Origin: Octopus vulgaris
Taxonomy: Eukaryota
Direction of reading: 5' to 3'
NCBI GenBank assembly: GCA_951406725.2
Contig: OX597821.1
Coordinates: 42,160,001 to 42,224,000, forward strand
Length of the DNA stretch: 64,000 nucleotides
Of the stretch, positions 41,545-54,845 are shown in pieces (positions within the stretch are counted from its first letter, which is position 1; each line of letters begins with the position of its first letter). The translations under genes were made by a program, and so were the position numbers. The notes under the pieces are model-generated. The model worked only from the letters and a program-made list of their open reading frames with translations, had not been told where the DNA came from and made no database searches.

Positions 41545-42650
41545 GTCAGAAAGGGTTGTGTCCATAATTTTCACATATCTTCCAAGACTGGATACAGGAA
41601 AAACATGAGCAAAGAGAAAAAATGCAGATGACTGACGTTCTGGGGAAGAAGGAATGGCTGTAGAGGTTAGTGCAAGACATGAAGCGGGTTGTGGACACAG
41701 TATGTGTGACCAGAGAAAGAAAAATGAGTGAATCGGTTGGGTTATACCAGAGATGGCACGAAATCAGAAAGTTCTGGGGAGGAGCAGTAATTGCAGTAGC
41801 GACAGCGTAGGCAGATTGAGAAACTGTTACACCTTGGACAGGAAGACAGGCAACTCCTACTGGTGAAGTGGTGTCAAATTCGGCATTACAGGCCATCGAA
41901 CTATCCATCAGTTTTATAACGTTAACAACAATTAACGGAAGGAACAATAAACAGACGTGGAAGCTATCCACGTCTGTTTAGTCAGCCGGGTTTCTATCCA
42001 GTATCAATACGATTTCGGTGCAGGAAACCACACAGTCGCTTGTCAAGAAAGTTCTAGAGTGGGAAACAGAGCAAAACAAAGTCAAGTCTTATAGCTGGAA
42101 AACGGAGGTTAGAGGCATAAAACTAGGACAATAACGGGGGAAATAGATATATTAACAGTGAAGGAGTCTTTTGATGTGAGACAAACAGAAAGAGGAATAT
42201 TGTAAATGTATCTTTATCCAAATAAAGCCACACAAACAGAGAAAGATTTTTGAATGCGTTTCGTCAGAGAAAAAGACGATAGAAGGATGAAGCGGAGATC
42301 AGCCAGAGCAAGTTGCATGAAGGGGAGAAGCCACTTCAAAATTTTCTTTTTGGCTTCAAATTTTGGAAAATAATAACTAACAATTATCATATACAAATCC
42401 AGAATCAGTAAATTTACTCTCTGAATAGACGAAATTTATCTCTGGGACGTTAAATTCACTTCATTTTGAGAAACCCTTGATTTCACTGTTCAGTGCCTTT
42501 AACAAAAGACATTCTGGTGCAAGAATTCGAGTCAGGTCTCCATCCGGAAGGTTAACTTTCCCTTCCTTCAACTAGTTACGTGGGGCCATGTGAGAAGTCA
42601 TGGATGTTGTCCTTTCTCTTCTTAACTTATCCAGTAAAGAAGAATATATA
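41545..42650 (-). mobile_element. Heavily decayed Jockey/CR1/L2-group LINE, ORF2 3' part
   Basis: C-terminal motif TNLYSHSFFPRTSVI. The rest is only weakly recognisable. Confidence 0.5.
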
Positions 42651-42902
42651 TTTACTCCGGGGGAAGTGGGTAAATATAGTTAATGGGGATTTGACTACTA
42701 TTTTCAGCATAAGGGAAGGTTAAAAAGTGGAAGACAGAAGACGATAATGAAACTGGTGCCGCGGTCGTTGCAATCGGTGCTAGTGTTTCTATCGCATAAT
42801 GCGTTGCCACCGCTGCCGCCTCCGCCGTTGCCATGGCTGTCGTCGATGTTGTTGGATGAGTCACAACCATTGTAGTTGTCGGCAGAAACATCAGCAACGA
42901 CA

Positions 42903-43282
42903 GGAGGCGCAATGGCCTAGTGGTTAGGGCAGCGGACTCGTGATCGTAGGATCACGCTTTCGATTCCCTGACCGGGCGTTGTGTTTATTGACCAAAAGCA
43001 CCTAAAGCTCCACGAGGCTCCGGCAGGGGGTGGTGGCGACCCCTTTTGTACTCTTTCGCTCCAACTTTCTCTCACTCTTTCTTCCTGTTTCTGTTGTACC
43101 TGTATTTTAAAGGGCTGCCTGCCTTGTCACACTCTGTGTCACGCTGAATCTCTCCGAGAACTACGTTAAGGGTACACGTATCTGTGGAGTGTTCAACCAC
43201 TTGCGCGTTAATTTCACGAGCAGGCTATTCCGTTGATCGAATCAACTAGAACCCTCGTCGTCGTAAGCGACGGAGCGTCACG
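42903..43282 (+). mobile_element. SINE family C (full length, tail type 1)
   Basis: ggaggcgcaatggcctagtggttagggcagcggactc...tcgattccc. Tail gaccctcgtcgtcgtaagcgacggag. Confidence 0.85.
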
Positions 43283-44224
43283 AAATGTATGCATATTTGT
43301 ATATGCATAGATTTGGTGGATATAAGACCAGTGTCATTGAGCTTCTGGTTTTCTAAAAGAACCTTCTCCTTTAGCAAAAGTTATCTCCAAAATTAATGTT
43401 CAATATTATTTTCATACTTCCATTTTCGGCTTTTAACTACTACCCAGCAACAATCAGAAGGAAACGAAATACTATACCATGTAATCTTTATAAGAAAACC
43501 ATGCGAGCTTCCAGTACTGATAGTATGCAAGATTAATTTATTTCAATATATTTATTCAGCATGACTATGTCGTCTCAAGTAAGCGAAACCGGTAGCTGCT
43601 GAGTTAAACATGTAATTACTGTCTTGCTTTCTTTCCTAAGATACATTGGCGTGGTTATTTTTTCCTATTTGGCTCTTTCATTTTAGTTCCTTCTTTATTC
43701 TTTCTTCTGTCAAATTACCTTCCGTCTTTCTTCCATTCATTTTCTTATCTCTTTCTTTTACCAACTTCAACCCCCCCTCTTTTCGTTTTATCTCTTCTCC
43801 TCCTCCTTCATACTCCTCTACTTCCACCCGCCAATCTTTTTCTGTCTTCAAAATGTTTTTCTTCTTGACCTTCCCTTTACCAATACCCAGACACACACAC
43901 ACTCTCCGTCTCTCTTTAACAAGCCTTTTAACTCTTTTCCTTCCTTCTCAATTTTCTTCCCTTCTTCCATTGCCAATGCAATTATTCTATTCACCTTCTC
44001 CCACACACCCCTCTCTATCTTTCTTTTCTTCTCTTTTTCTTTCTTTCTTTCTTTCTAACTCTTCCCGTATCTTCTTATCAATCTGTATATATACATATAT
44101 ATATATATATATACTAGTGTATGTATATGTGTACTTAGGGATATCGTATGTGAATGTATCTTTGTATGTATGCATGTATTTATATGTATGTATAAATGCT
44201 AATATGTTTATATGTCTATATGTA

Positions 44225-44395
<171 letters not shown>

Positions 44396-44588
44396 ATCTT
44401 TATATGTATACGTATGTATATCGTATGTATCTGTATTTTTGCATGTATATGTATAGATATATGTATTATGTATGTCTATGTGTGTGTATGTATGAGTGTG
44501 AGTGTGTGTGTGTGTGTGCGTGTGTATGTGTCTCTGTGTACTTATAAGTACGTACGTATGTATATCGTTAGGCAAGTCTTGTTTTCCT

Positions 44589-44694
<106 letters not shown>

Positions 44695-44949
44695 CCTCCT
44701 TCTCATGTATTCTTTATTCCACACAACCAACGGTCCTGTATGTCAGCCGAAGTTCAAAGCTTTGAGAAGCTCTTGTACCGCATTTAACAAATCCTCCAAC
44801 TTGTCGCTCTGACAATATCTGACCTTTACAACTCAACTCGCAGAGCCATCAGCGATTTTAGTTTTTATCTTCTTGACATAGTTGTACTGTTATGACGTAA
44901 AAAGTTAAGTCTGAAACCAGATACGATGAGATATTATAGCCAATATCTT

Positions 44950-45220
44950 CACCACCGCCGCCGCCACCAACACCACCACCATCACCACCACCACCACCAT
45001 CACCACCGCCGCCACCACCACCACTGCCGCCACAACCATCACCACCGCCGCCACCACCACCACCACCAACAACACAACCACCACTGCCGCCGCCACAACC
45101 ACAACCATCACCACCACCGCCACAACCACCAACACTGTTACCACCACCCCACCCCCACCACTAGCACCACCACCACCACAACCACCATCACCACCACTAC
45201 CACCACCACTACCACCACCA
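44950..45220. repeat. Degenerate (CAC/ACC)n array
   Basis: Seen directly. Confidence 0.9.
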
Positions 45221-45521
45221 ACAGCTTCTTCTCTGTTGCACGTCATTTAAGCATACGTACTTGCTGCGCACGTATGCATATGTTTGTATGTGTATATATG
45301 AAAGTGTATAGGTATATTAGAGACATTTAAACACACGTATAGAGTAGATGATTGGCGTGGTATTGGTTTGATACTCATACATTATTCATAATAACATACA
45401 GTGATAGAGTGAACTTTACAAGTTAAACGACAAAGATACTTGCGGACCGGCATATGTCACTGAGAAAGCTGTTAAAAACAACAGCCTGCGAACATTGTGT
45501 GTACGTGTACATACACGCACG

Positions 45522-45569
<48 letters not shown>

Positions 45570-45749
45570 AGTAGATAGATAAATAAGTGTGTGTATGCAT
45601 ATATTATGAATCTCAAATGCTTTTATGTGTCTGCACACACACACACACACACACACACAAACATATATTCAAACATATGTGTGTGTGTGTACATGTACGT
45701 AGGTAATGTGTGTGTACATACGTACTCATGCATATGACTCATTTTTTTC

Positions 45750-47555
45750 AGTATTATAAATCTATTACTACCGGTCTTACCAATCGGTTTCGCACTGAGT
45801 GTTAGAACTGAATATTAGGTTACAGCACGGTCAAATAATACCGCGTGCTCTTCAGAGCTTGCAGGTATGAAAAAAATGGGGACTGCTCTCCGTCAATGGA
45901 GGTGAATAAGCAGCTGATCAGAAAGATCAACAGCGACTTTAGGAAGGCCACCGGCCTCGCCCTCTGGTGCTACATACCAGCAGAGTCATAACATGCTTGA
46001 AAGCCAGTAGCGGTAGGAGTGGAGCAAGGTTCACACATTTTGATATGGTAGATTTTTACCCTTCTACGTCGAAGAAGCTTCTGTATAAGTCACTGGTTTT
46101 CCCAAGAACCTACACAGTGATTAGAGACGAGGAAATACACCTTATCACGCGCACCAGAAGAACTCTACTTTCCAGAAAGAGGTCGACCTAGGCCAAGTGC
46201 ACTTACCCAGAAGGCTTCTTTGACGTAGCGATCGGCGTATTCGTCAATGCTGACGTGTGACCTTGTTTTTTTTTCGTATTAAATTTCACATTTATTACCT
46301 TTGGCCACTACAAAGACAATGATTTAGCAATATCGAGAAGAGCGGACGGCTATACACTCGATAGGCTCAGGAAGAGCCACGCCAACAGGACCTGAACGTC
46401 GCAATAAAAACCAACCTGGAGACGGAGGATTTCCTTGACATGGCTTTTGACTTGGAATCCGATTCCATAGGCCTTTTAACAACCTGAACGAGAGGCTGAC
46501 ATACATCCTATCTGACCTTAGTGTTCAAGAACCTGGTAAACGAAGGCAGAAAAATCTCCGTCCTGTCTTCAAGTAAAGAAATTTTCGATGCCATTCCCCC
46601 ATTTTACAGTCAGGCACTAGCTCCCAGTGGATTTAAGGATAGGATTAATTACATGCCAGATTATAATCCCTCCAAAAGAAAAGACCATCGGAAGGTGTTG
46701 TGGTCCAAAACACTTTCTCCTTAAGCGTAAAAATTCGTAAATGAGGCAGAGGTAACATCAAAAGGCCTAAATGGGTAACCAAATTTGCAAAGTATGTGTG
46801 AACAGCAGAAGGTCCATAAATCCACTTTATATATCTCGGAGAGACGCAGTTCAACACCTCTACCCAAACACGTATGACAGCTAAAGGAAAGCGCCACGGA
46901 GTACCACATAAAGCGGAAAGTCTTGTGTTAGGCTTATTTTAATAGCATCAGAAGATGCAGACTATGTTTAGCCGAGAAAAGAGTCATATTTAAAAAATTC
47001 TCAGCACCCGGATATCTACGTAAACTACAGAAATGAGATCTTTAGTTGCTGCCCAGATGAAAGCAATGTGATTTTTAGCTGTTGCCCACTATAATCGCTA
47101 GATTCTCCTTCTCTGACTCTCCAACAATTATATCCCGAGAATCAAGCAAAGAGTAAAGACAAATAAGCATATACAGATGAACACACAGACACGTGCTTAA
47201 TCGTCCCGACACCCGCCCGACATCCCCATCCTCCCAAAAGCCCTACGCAACCTCTGACCCCGGCGCACATTTCCAGAAAACTTTTACTGTCTTATACCAT
47301 CTCATAGAGGCTTTGGGACTAAGGGAGATAATTCAGATCATCTCCAATAGCTTCGTTTTGACATTTTTTCACAGAACTCACAAAGTGGACGTGATTATCC
47401 ACCTCCAATAACAGAGAGCAATCGCCATATTTTTCCCTTATTTTCTAGCTCTGAAGAGTGTGCCATGTTAGTTAACCGTGCTGTTTTCTAACAGCCAGTT
47501 TGAAAACTCAGTATGAAACCGATTAGTAAGATCGACCGTAAATGATCTATAATAC
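45750..47555 (+). mobile_element. Decayed Penelope-like element with an inverted 5' pLTR and a 3' pLTR, each with a hammerhead-like core
   Basis: RT remnant FTHFDMVDFYPSTSKKLL, then ISVLSSSKEIFD...Y..AL..SGF and the C-terminal RRCRLCLAEK. 45750-45862 is the reverse complement of about 47445-47555. Confidence 0.8.
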
Positions 47556-47739
47556 CGTACTCATTGATTAAGATACTCTACTGACAAATGTACCAGTGCG
47601 TGTCTTTTCTGGTTTATGGAGTCTTAGTCGGCTGCATGTATGTATGTATATACATATGCATCAACACACACACACTAAATGATTGTATGCATATAGATAT
47701 GTATGTATATGTATGTGTATATGTGTGTATATATACATA

Positions 47740-48435
47740 ATTGTCGAATGAGGAAAATGAGTGCTCAACACCGCATTGGTGGATATAATTTCTTTATTTG
47801 TGAATTAAGGCTACCATTGGTTTCATGTTAAGAAAAGTAAGTATATATCCTACTACTTTAACAATTTTTCAAGCTGATATCATGGAGAAAGGTGTTCGCC
47901 TCCATTTTGGAAAACAGTTTCGTTTAGTTCACGAGGTTTCTCGTAAATTCACGTAAATAAAACAATGAATCAAGGGGTGTTACTCTCAGGTGACAGCTTT
48001 TGGATGTTTGTCTCCCTTAGATTTGTCTTTTGGACAAATTGTTGTGTGGTCAATTTGCGTTATTTTGTTTTTGTTCTAGTTATGGTGTTCTTATACTTGT
48101 GTGCTGAGGTAGTTCGCCATTGGTGCATATTTCTTCTTTGTGCGGAGTTTGTGTACTATGTGTGTTCACGTTTAGGATAAGAGCTATTCTGGTGGGGTTA
48201 CTGTCGCAGATAGGGGCGCTTCTTTGAAATATTTGAGTGCAAAATATTACTTGTGTATGCAGGGAGAGAAGATTCCATCCCTAATGTTTAGAATGTTATC
48301 TGTTGATTATCTGTTGAGTATAATGTTTAATTTTTCAGTAATACACAATACATTTTTGGTACCCCGTCCTCTGTACTTTTTGGCTTTAGCAATAATTTTC
48401 CATAATTTGCTTATTCCACTTTCCTTCGATGTCCT
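47740..48435 (-). mobile_element. Penelope-like 3' fragment
   Basis: WKIIAKAKKY....LCITEKLNII...ILNIRDGIFSPCIHK, typical of the GIY-YIG C-terminus. The left boundary is approximate. Confidence 0.72.
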
Positions 48436-48439
48436 TCTT

Positions 48440-48492
<53 letters not shown>

Positions 48493-48806
48493 ATGTATGT
48501 ATGTATGTTTGTATGTATGTGTGTGTGTGTATACATATATGCAGATATACATAAATGCATATGTGTGTGTGTGTACGTGCGTATCTGTCTATCCGTTCGT
48601 TTATCCATCCATCTATACACATAATATTTAGAAACATATTTATTCAGACATATACATATATGTACGGATGTATATGTTTCTGTGCGTGCGTGTGTGTGTG
48701 TGTGTGTGTGTAGTCCTTATTTGATATCCAATCATCTTTGTAATTAATATGCAAAACGCTCCTCAGTGTTTTCTTTGGGCCGTATTGACTGTAATTATTC
48801 ATAATT

Positions 48807-48962
48807 ACGGTGAGCTGGCAGAATTGTTAGCACGCTAGGCAAAATGCTTTGCGGCATTACATCTGTCTGTGTGTTGTGAGTTCAAATTCCGCCGAGGTCG
48901 ACTTTGTCTGCCAATCTTTTGGAACTTATGAAATAGGTGCCAGTTGAACACTGAGATCGATT
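48807..48962 (+). mobile_element. SINE B copy
   Basis: ggtgagctggcagaattgttagcacg...gagttcaaattccgccgaggtcgactttg. Confidence 0.8.
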
Positions 48963-49062
48963 GTGCCAAAATCTGAAGCGAATACTCATAATCAACGTCA
49001 CTACATCTCCCACCCTCTCCCTCTCTCAGACACGCCACGCGCGCACCCCTCGCCCACACACA

Positions 49063-49870
49063 CACTGATCACTCTTCTACCCTGCCACCAGGAGAGAAAA
49101 TAGTTCTCAGGAGGTTCAATTAGGCCGAAACATATCCCTTACTGTCATCAGTTGATTTTTAACACTACACCTCTTCCTATACTGCACACTGTATTTAGCG
49201 AAGTTTTCGATTGATTATTCTAAATGGAGTTATCTCTCTTGCTTAATTCTAAATATATTTATAGGGGATCTTTTCTACTAATTCTGTGGATAACAATAAC
49301 TAACAAAGATTTTGTTACAGTTCATAAATAGCAATTTCCATGTAATTCTTATGCCCTGGTATCAAATCCGTATTTAAGATTCTTTTATATCACGTCAACA
49401 TTTTGTGAAATAAAACTCTGGTCATGTTTGTATACATTAAAATTAATACATAATCTTGGTTCTTGTCACATGATAAGGTAACGTATCACATGACATATCT
49501 TAATTACTGGTTCAAAGTTTGAACGGCAATTTAGAATGACATCAGATAGATGCCATTGTGTAAATCAACCTGACAACTTCTGCTATGTCTATGGACTATA
49601 TACACCCATGCAACAAAAAGAAACATGGCGACAGTATAATCGAATCTTGCTTGCAAATAATTTGGTTGTAAGGTAAGAGGCCACGAAAAAGGACTTGGTA
49701 CAATATTAAATATTTGCTGTAGACAGAGCAATCCAATATTAACAGCTTGGTTGGTTAAAGTAAACACTGTGCTTTTTACACATGTTGTCCAGGAGGAGAA
49801 TTTCATACCGGAACTACTTCTGCAGCAACAGGTCTTGTCATGTCCGAATGTACTCGAACGTGTTAAATAA
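49063..49870 (+). mobile_element. 5' remnant of a Chapaev3-like (CMC) DNA transposon
   Basis: From 49536: MTSDRCHCVNQPDNFCYVYG...FGCKVRGHEK, which resembles the CxNxPDxFCYICG...FGxKxGDQDK N-terminus. Putative CACTG terminus at 49063. Confidence 0.55.
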
Positions 49871-50844
49871 GGCTTTACACAAATATATTCTACTAACCGT
49901 TATTTCTTGCAACTTTATGTGTGTATGTATGTATGTCGGCCTAACAGCCCAATCTTAATATCAAAATCAAAATTTCATGTATGTATGTGTTTGTATGTAT
50001 GTATATGTATGCGTGTTTGTTTGTATGTATGTATGTATGTATGTATGTATGTATGTATGTATGTATGTATGTATGTATGTATGTATGCATGTATGTATGT
50101 ATGTATGTATGTATGTATGTATGTATGTATGTATGTATATGTATGTGTGTGTATTTATGTATGTATGTGTGTGTGTGTGTGTTTGTATGTATGTATATGT
50201 ATGTGTGTGTTTGTATGTATGTATAATCGCAGAATTAATAAAATGACTCAGGGGCCGAGAGCCACTATACACCATCTGTCGATTAAAAATATAAATTGAA
50301 AAATATAATAAACTTATGTTTTAAATTCTATTTTTTCCTGTTTATTCTACAAAGTTCTGTTTATCCTGTTTATACAACAGCATCTCGGGAAACATAAATA
50401 TATGTCTAATTAAAAGGATTACCATTACTAAAAATGCGAAAGTTACTTAGTAGCATGGTTGTTCAGATACGAAATTCTCTCCTAATTTACTCACAACTCT
50501 TACTTTCAAAATATCGTACACTTTAAAAAGTGACCTCCTTAATCTAAATAAGTCCTTATTGTCTAAACCCAATGTTTTAGAGGATGAAAAACAGGTAGTA
50601 GTAATACCGCTAACATTTTGAATTATCATTGCTAAAAATCGAGTGTATTAGTTATAGAAGTGGTTATAGAAGCATCTTCGAGACGCGATTCGATGGAAGT
50701 TCACCTCTGGCTCTAGCACATTCGCTAATGTTTAAATATTTATTTATTTCAATTGTGCATTTTTCAGACTGGTATATGTGTAGTTGGGGGTTATCCCAAA
50801 GTCAGTAGAAACGTAATAGAAGCAGTGAAAAAAAAAGTTTTTTT

Positions 50845-51269
50845 GGCGATCTTTCGTCTCTAGTAGACCTTTCCGTCGATTTCCGTAAAAATTTTTTTTT
50901 TTTACATATGGGCTTGCGGGAACTTTTGAAGTAATATACATACATATACACATACACCGAGTAAAAAAATTCAGTTATCTCTTTCTTTCACGCATTACTC
51001 TGTCTCTTCACACACACTAACAGAAGCACTTCACTTACACAACATACTGTCTGTCTCCCACACCCCATCAAACACACATACACACTCGCACATGTACATC
51101 AATGCTTCCCCTGGACGGTAACTTCAAAAGAACTTCCCTCGTCATACAATCGCTTTCTCTTAGTCTCTTTCGCTCTCATTACTTCAAAAGTTCCCGCAAG
51201 CCCATATGTAAAAAAAAAAAAAAATTTACGGAAATCGACGGAAAGGTCTACTAGAGACGAAAGATTGCC
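50845..51269. mobile_element. MITE with near-perfect TIRs of about 90 bp (Merlin-like)
   Basis: TIRs 50845-50935 and 51178-51269, GG...CC termini, and 8-bp flanking direct repeat gttttttt. Confidence 0.88.
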
Positions 51270-52159
51270 GTTTTTTTTTAACTACGAACTGGAACCGCTG
51301 ATTAGGTTCACAGAAAAATTAACTTCCGTGAATTACAGTAACAATTTAGAAGAAAAAAAATGAGAAAAAAAGACGGCATTTTTTTGTTTAAAATAAATAA
51401 ACATAAAAAATATGAATGAAAAGAAAGGAAAGAGGAAAATATACTCGTGGTAAAGTCAAGATGTTATTTCGTACTTGAGTTTTATTGGATGACATCCCGG
51501 AAGTGAGGTCAGGAAGCGGGAGATTTGAAAGACCTTTCTCTGACCAAGTTGGTCTTAGCGGATAGTCATGTAGATGGAGTTCCTGAGTATTTTAACGTCT
51601 AGCCAGTGATTTAGGGGTAGTAAATGGCTGAGAGACTGAAGAATTCCTTTCGAAGTCGTTTCCTATTCAAAAGTAAGAGACATTTTGTCTTTTAGATTTT
51701 CTTACCAACAGATCCAATATGACCAGCCATCTTCCATTCAGTGAGTCTGATGAGGTTTTAGGTCTTGGCCGCTAATTTAAGTAAATGAGCAACCACGTAA
51801 GAGAGGCATAGGTAACCTTCTTCTTCTTCGAGAAACGGGTCGCACTACAAAGAAAAAAGTCAAGGTAACTTTTCGCGAGGTTGTGCTATTCAGAAAGTGC
51901 CGTAAGCTGCAGTTTGTCCACGGCTGACGTAGAAGCTCTTTCGCCAAGTGATCACGCACATAAAGTTTGTGTGCCATTTGCTAACCCAGAACAATTCATT
52001 GTATTACAACCATAATTATAAATTATGCTTATATGGAGGTAATACAATTAACAGACAATTTTTTTCCTTCATCTTTTTATCTAGTCAAGTGTATGACAGA
52101 AGCTAACTGCGTAAATTGCGAATTACAAGAGTTATTTATATTTTCTTTCTAGTAAGAGG

Positions 52160-52248
52160 TAAAGAACACGTACACCACCTGTTTTCTGCGTAACAAAAAC
52201 CCTAATCCTTAAACCCTAACCCTAAACACCGGGTGTACGTATTCTTTA
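52160..52248. mobile_element. Tiny MITE-like element with internal CCCTAA-like repeats
   Basis: taaagaacacgtacacc / ggtgtacgtattcttta inverted termini enclosing ccctaa-tccttaa-accctaa-ccctaa. Confidence 0.6.
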
Positions 52249-52254
52249 GTTTCG

Positions 52255-52432
52255 CCCAGTTGACAAAATGCTTAGCGGCATTTTTCTCGTTTCTTCATAT
52301 TCGGAGTTCAAATGCTGTTGTTAATCCTTTTAGGGTCGATAAAATAAGTACCAGTTGAGCACTAGGGCCGATGTAATCGATCAGCCCCTCTCCCCAAATT
52401 CCGGGCCTTGGGCCTTTAGTACAAAATATTAT
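52255..52432 (+). mobile_element. Diverged SINE B (alternative tail)
   Basis: aaatgcttagcggcattt...gagttcaaat...gggtcgataaaataagtaccag. Confidence 0.7.
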
Positions 52433-52664
52433 AGTAAGTCACGAGAAAAATAAATTAGCGAAAATATTCGCATTATTATAATTTAAGTTGTTTGACATAA
52501 CTACGGATGTGTGCCCCCCTCCCCATACATTCACCGACTGTTTTCTTGTAACTTTCTGAAAACTGAATATTGTTAAATAAAAATTTCTACAAATCTATAC
52601 TATCTGAAATGTATTTGTAGAAAATTTTATTTAAAAATGGTAAATTTATAGTTTCACACCAGAC

Positions 52665-54552
52665 TCGATTTCGACACACACACACGCACGCACATACACA
52701 CAAACGGAACGCCAACTTCAAAAGAACTTCGTGCTCTATCTGTCTGGCTTTTATGCCGACTTGAAAAGATACCCTTCCCTCACCCCACATATATAAAAAA
52801 ATAAAAATTTGCGGAAAGTGACGATCTTATGTAAACAATCGCACGTGGTCCAGTTGACGTAAACGGTACTCATACCGTAAGGTCGCCGAAGTGCCTTCGC
52901 CCTGTTTGGCATTTTAAAAACTATGTGAATTGGTGGCATAAATTTACTGCCATTCAAGTTCGCTTCCATACGGAAGAATTAGCAAAATAATTTTCGACGC
53001 TTACTCTGCACACAGACTAGGTAACAATGGTACCTAGCTATCTTGGGCGCAGAGTAACGAAAATAACAATAAAAAAATGTGCCTCCAGAAATGGAAACAC
53101 AGTGGCTAGCATCGGCCATCTGGTTCGATATAGAAGAAGCAAATATTTTAGAAATCGCTGACATTCCAGAGGAAAATTGGGCTGGTAAAAAGCTCGAGAT
53201 CTTACTTCACATCAATCAAGAAGCGATGAATAATTTACCAACCAGTAGCCAACTAGCGGAAGACCACAAATTGTATGTAGTGGTGGAGGGCAGGAGGCCA
53301 AGATGTTATCTGTGCAACAGTGAGGCATACCTCAAATCTGATTGCCCAACTGCTGCCAAACATTTTAAAAAACAGCAACAACCACTACTAAAACCTGGAA
53401 GAAAACCCCTGCTACCCACACCACCTTCAACGCAAAAGACAGTAAACACAGCACAAACAATCGACAACAATACAAGAAGTAAAGATACAGGAAAAACAGC
53501 AGACGATGCAAAAACTGTTTCTCCCTCCCCAACCACATCACCAAGAAGAGAAACAACACCATCACAATTACCTCCGACATCGCAACCAACTAGAGAAACA
53601 ACACCACGACCAACATCAAAAGACAGACCAACAACCAAGAAAACAAATACCAATGAAGAAAAGACAAATTCTGTTCCTAATACCCCAACAACACACATAC
53701 CACACAAAACAACAACACTTTCTACAAACACACATATAGAAGCAAATGCTTTGCCTTTACCCCCTTCTGATTCGTCAAACTTTTCATCTAACGACGAAAG
53801 TTCGACAGAATGGCAAATAGCCACAGGGGGTAAAAGGAAAAGATCCCAAAAAAAACACCAAATAAGCAAATGCAAGTAAAGCAGGGAGATATATAACTCC
53901 TGACAGCCCCTTACACAATCAAACCAACAACGACACCGCAAAAACACACAAACAACTAGCATCAATAGACACAGAAAATACAAAACTAATGAACTACATC
54001 GCATATAACACAGACATTTGTGAAGATGACTTTAAACTGAACGACCATCCACGCACTACACCACCGACACACATAAAAATAGTACACGTCACACAAACGC
54101 AGCACCACACACGCAAAACCCTCTTTCCAAATGCGGTCTGGGGTGGGGGGTCCAGAAATATTTGTCAAAAAAACTTTTTAAAACCCTCCTCAAAGACATT
54201 TCAAAAGAGGAGGAAACTACTCAAACATTCGAAACGAGTAAATAATCTTCCCTCTCGTTTCTTTCACTGTTGTGTGTGAAACACAAATTTTCAACCATCA
54301 ATTATGCTTAAATTAGCTTATGTGAATGTGCGTGGCTTGGCGTCAGCTTCCAGGCAAGGTTATCTTCTAAATGACATCAAGTCACTGAACGTTGATATAG
54401 TAGCTATCAGTAAAACCAGACTCAGTAACCCGCGAGCCCTTGCGTCCATGTTTGGCGGACGATTCGACATTTATTTTTCTCCCTGTCTGCCAAACAGGTG
54501 GTACCGCAGTGCTTTTCCGAAAGAGTCTAAACGTAAAAGTAAGATCAATATT
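52665..54552 (+). mobile_element. 5' part of an L1/Tx1-like LINE: ORF1 (53079-53879 remnant) and start of ORF2 (APE endonuclease, from 54304)
   Basis: ORF1 has VVVEGRRPRCYLCNSEAYLKSDCP (gag-type knuckle, His replaced by Tyr) and a Pro/Thr-rich tail. ORF2 reads MLKLAYVNVRGL...DIVAISKTR..GGTAVLFRK with a frameshift. Confidence 0.8.
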
Positions 54553-54730
54553 CCACGAGGCTCCAGCTATCTCTGCTGTACTCTTTCGCCACAACTTTCT
54601 CTCACTCTTTCTTCTGTTGGCCTGCTCGTTTAGCTAGCGGGGTGGCGTCATTTGAAGGCCAAAACAATGCGAAGCACATTGTGACCAGCGATGTGTAGCA
54701 TCATCTGATAGCCTGGTCGGTCAAAGTGAT
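54553..54730 (+). mobile_element. 3' part of SINE C (tail type 2)
   Basis: Matches 34292-34468. Confidence 0.8.
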
Positions 54731-54753
54731 ATATCTATATATATATATATCTA

Positions 54754-54825
<72 letters not shown>

Positions 54826-54845
54826 AAATATATATACACATATAC

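Noticed and set aside
44905-45330. His-rich or Val/Gly-rich protein exon
   Set aside because: A degenerate CAC repeat with no splice or homology support.
51600-52010. Possible piggyBac Cys-rich C-terminal remnant
   Set aside because: Too decayed to give a consistent reading frame or termini.
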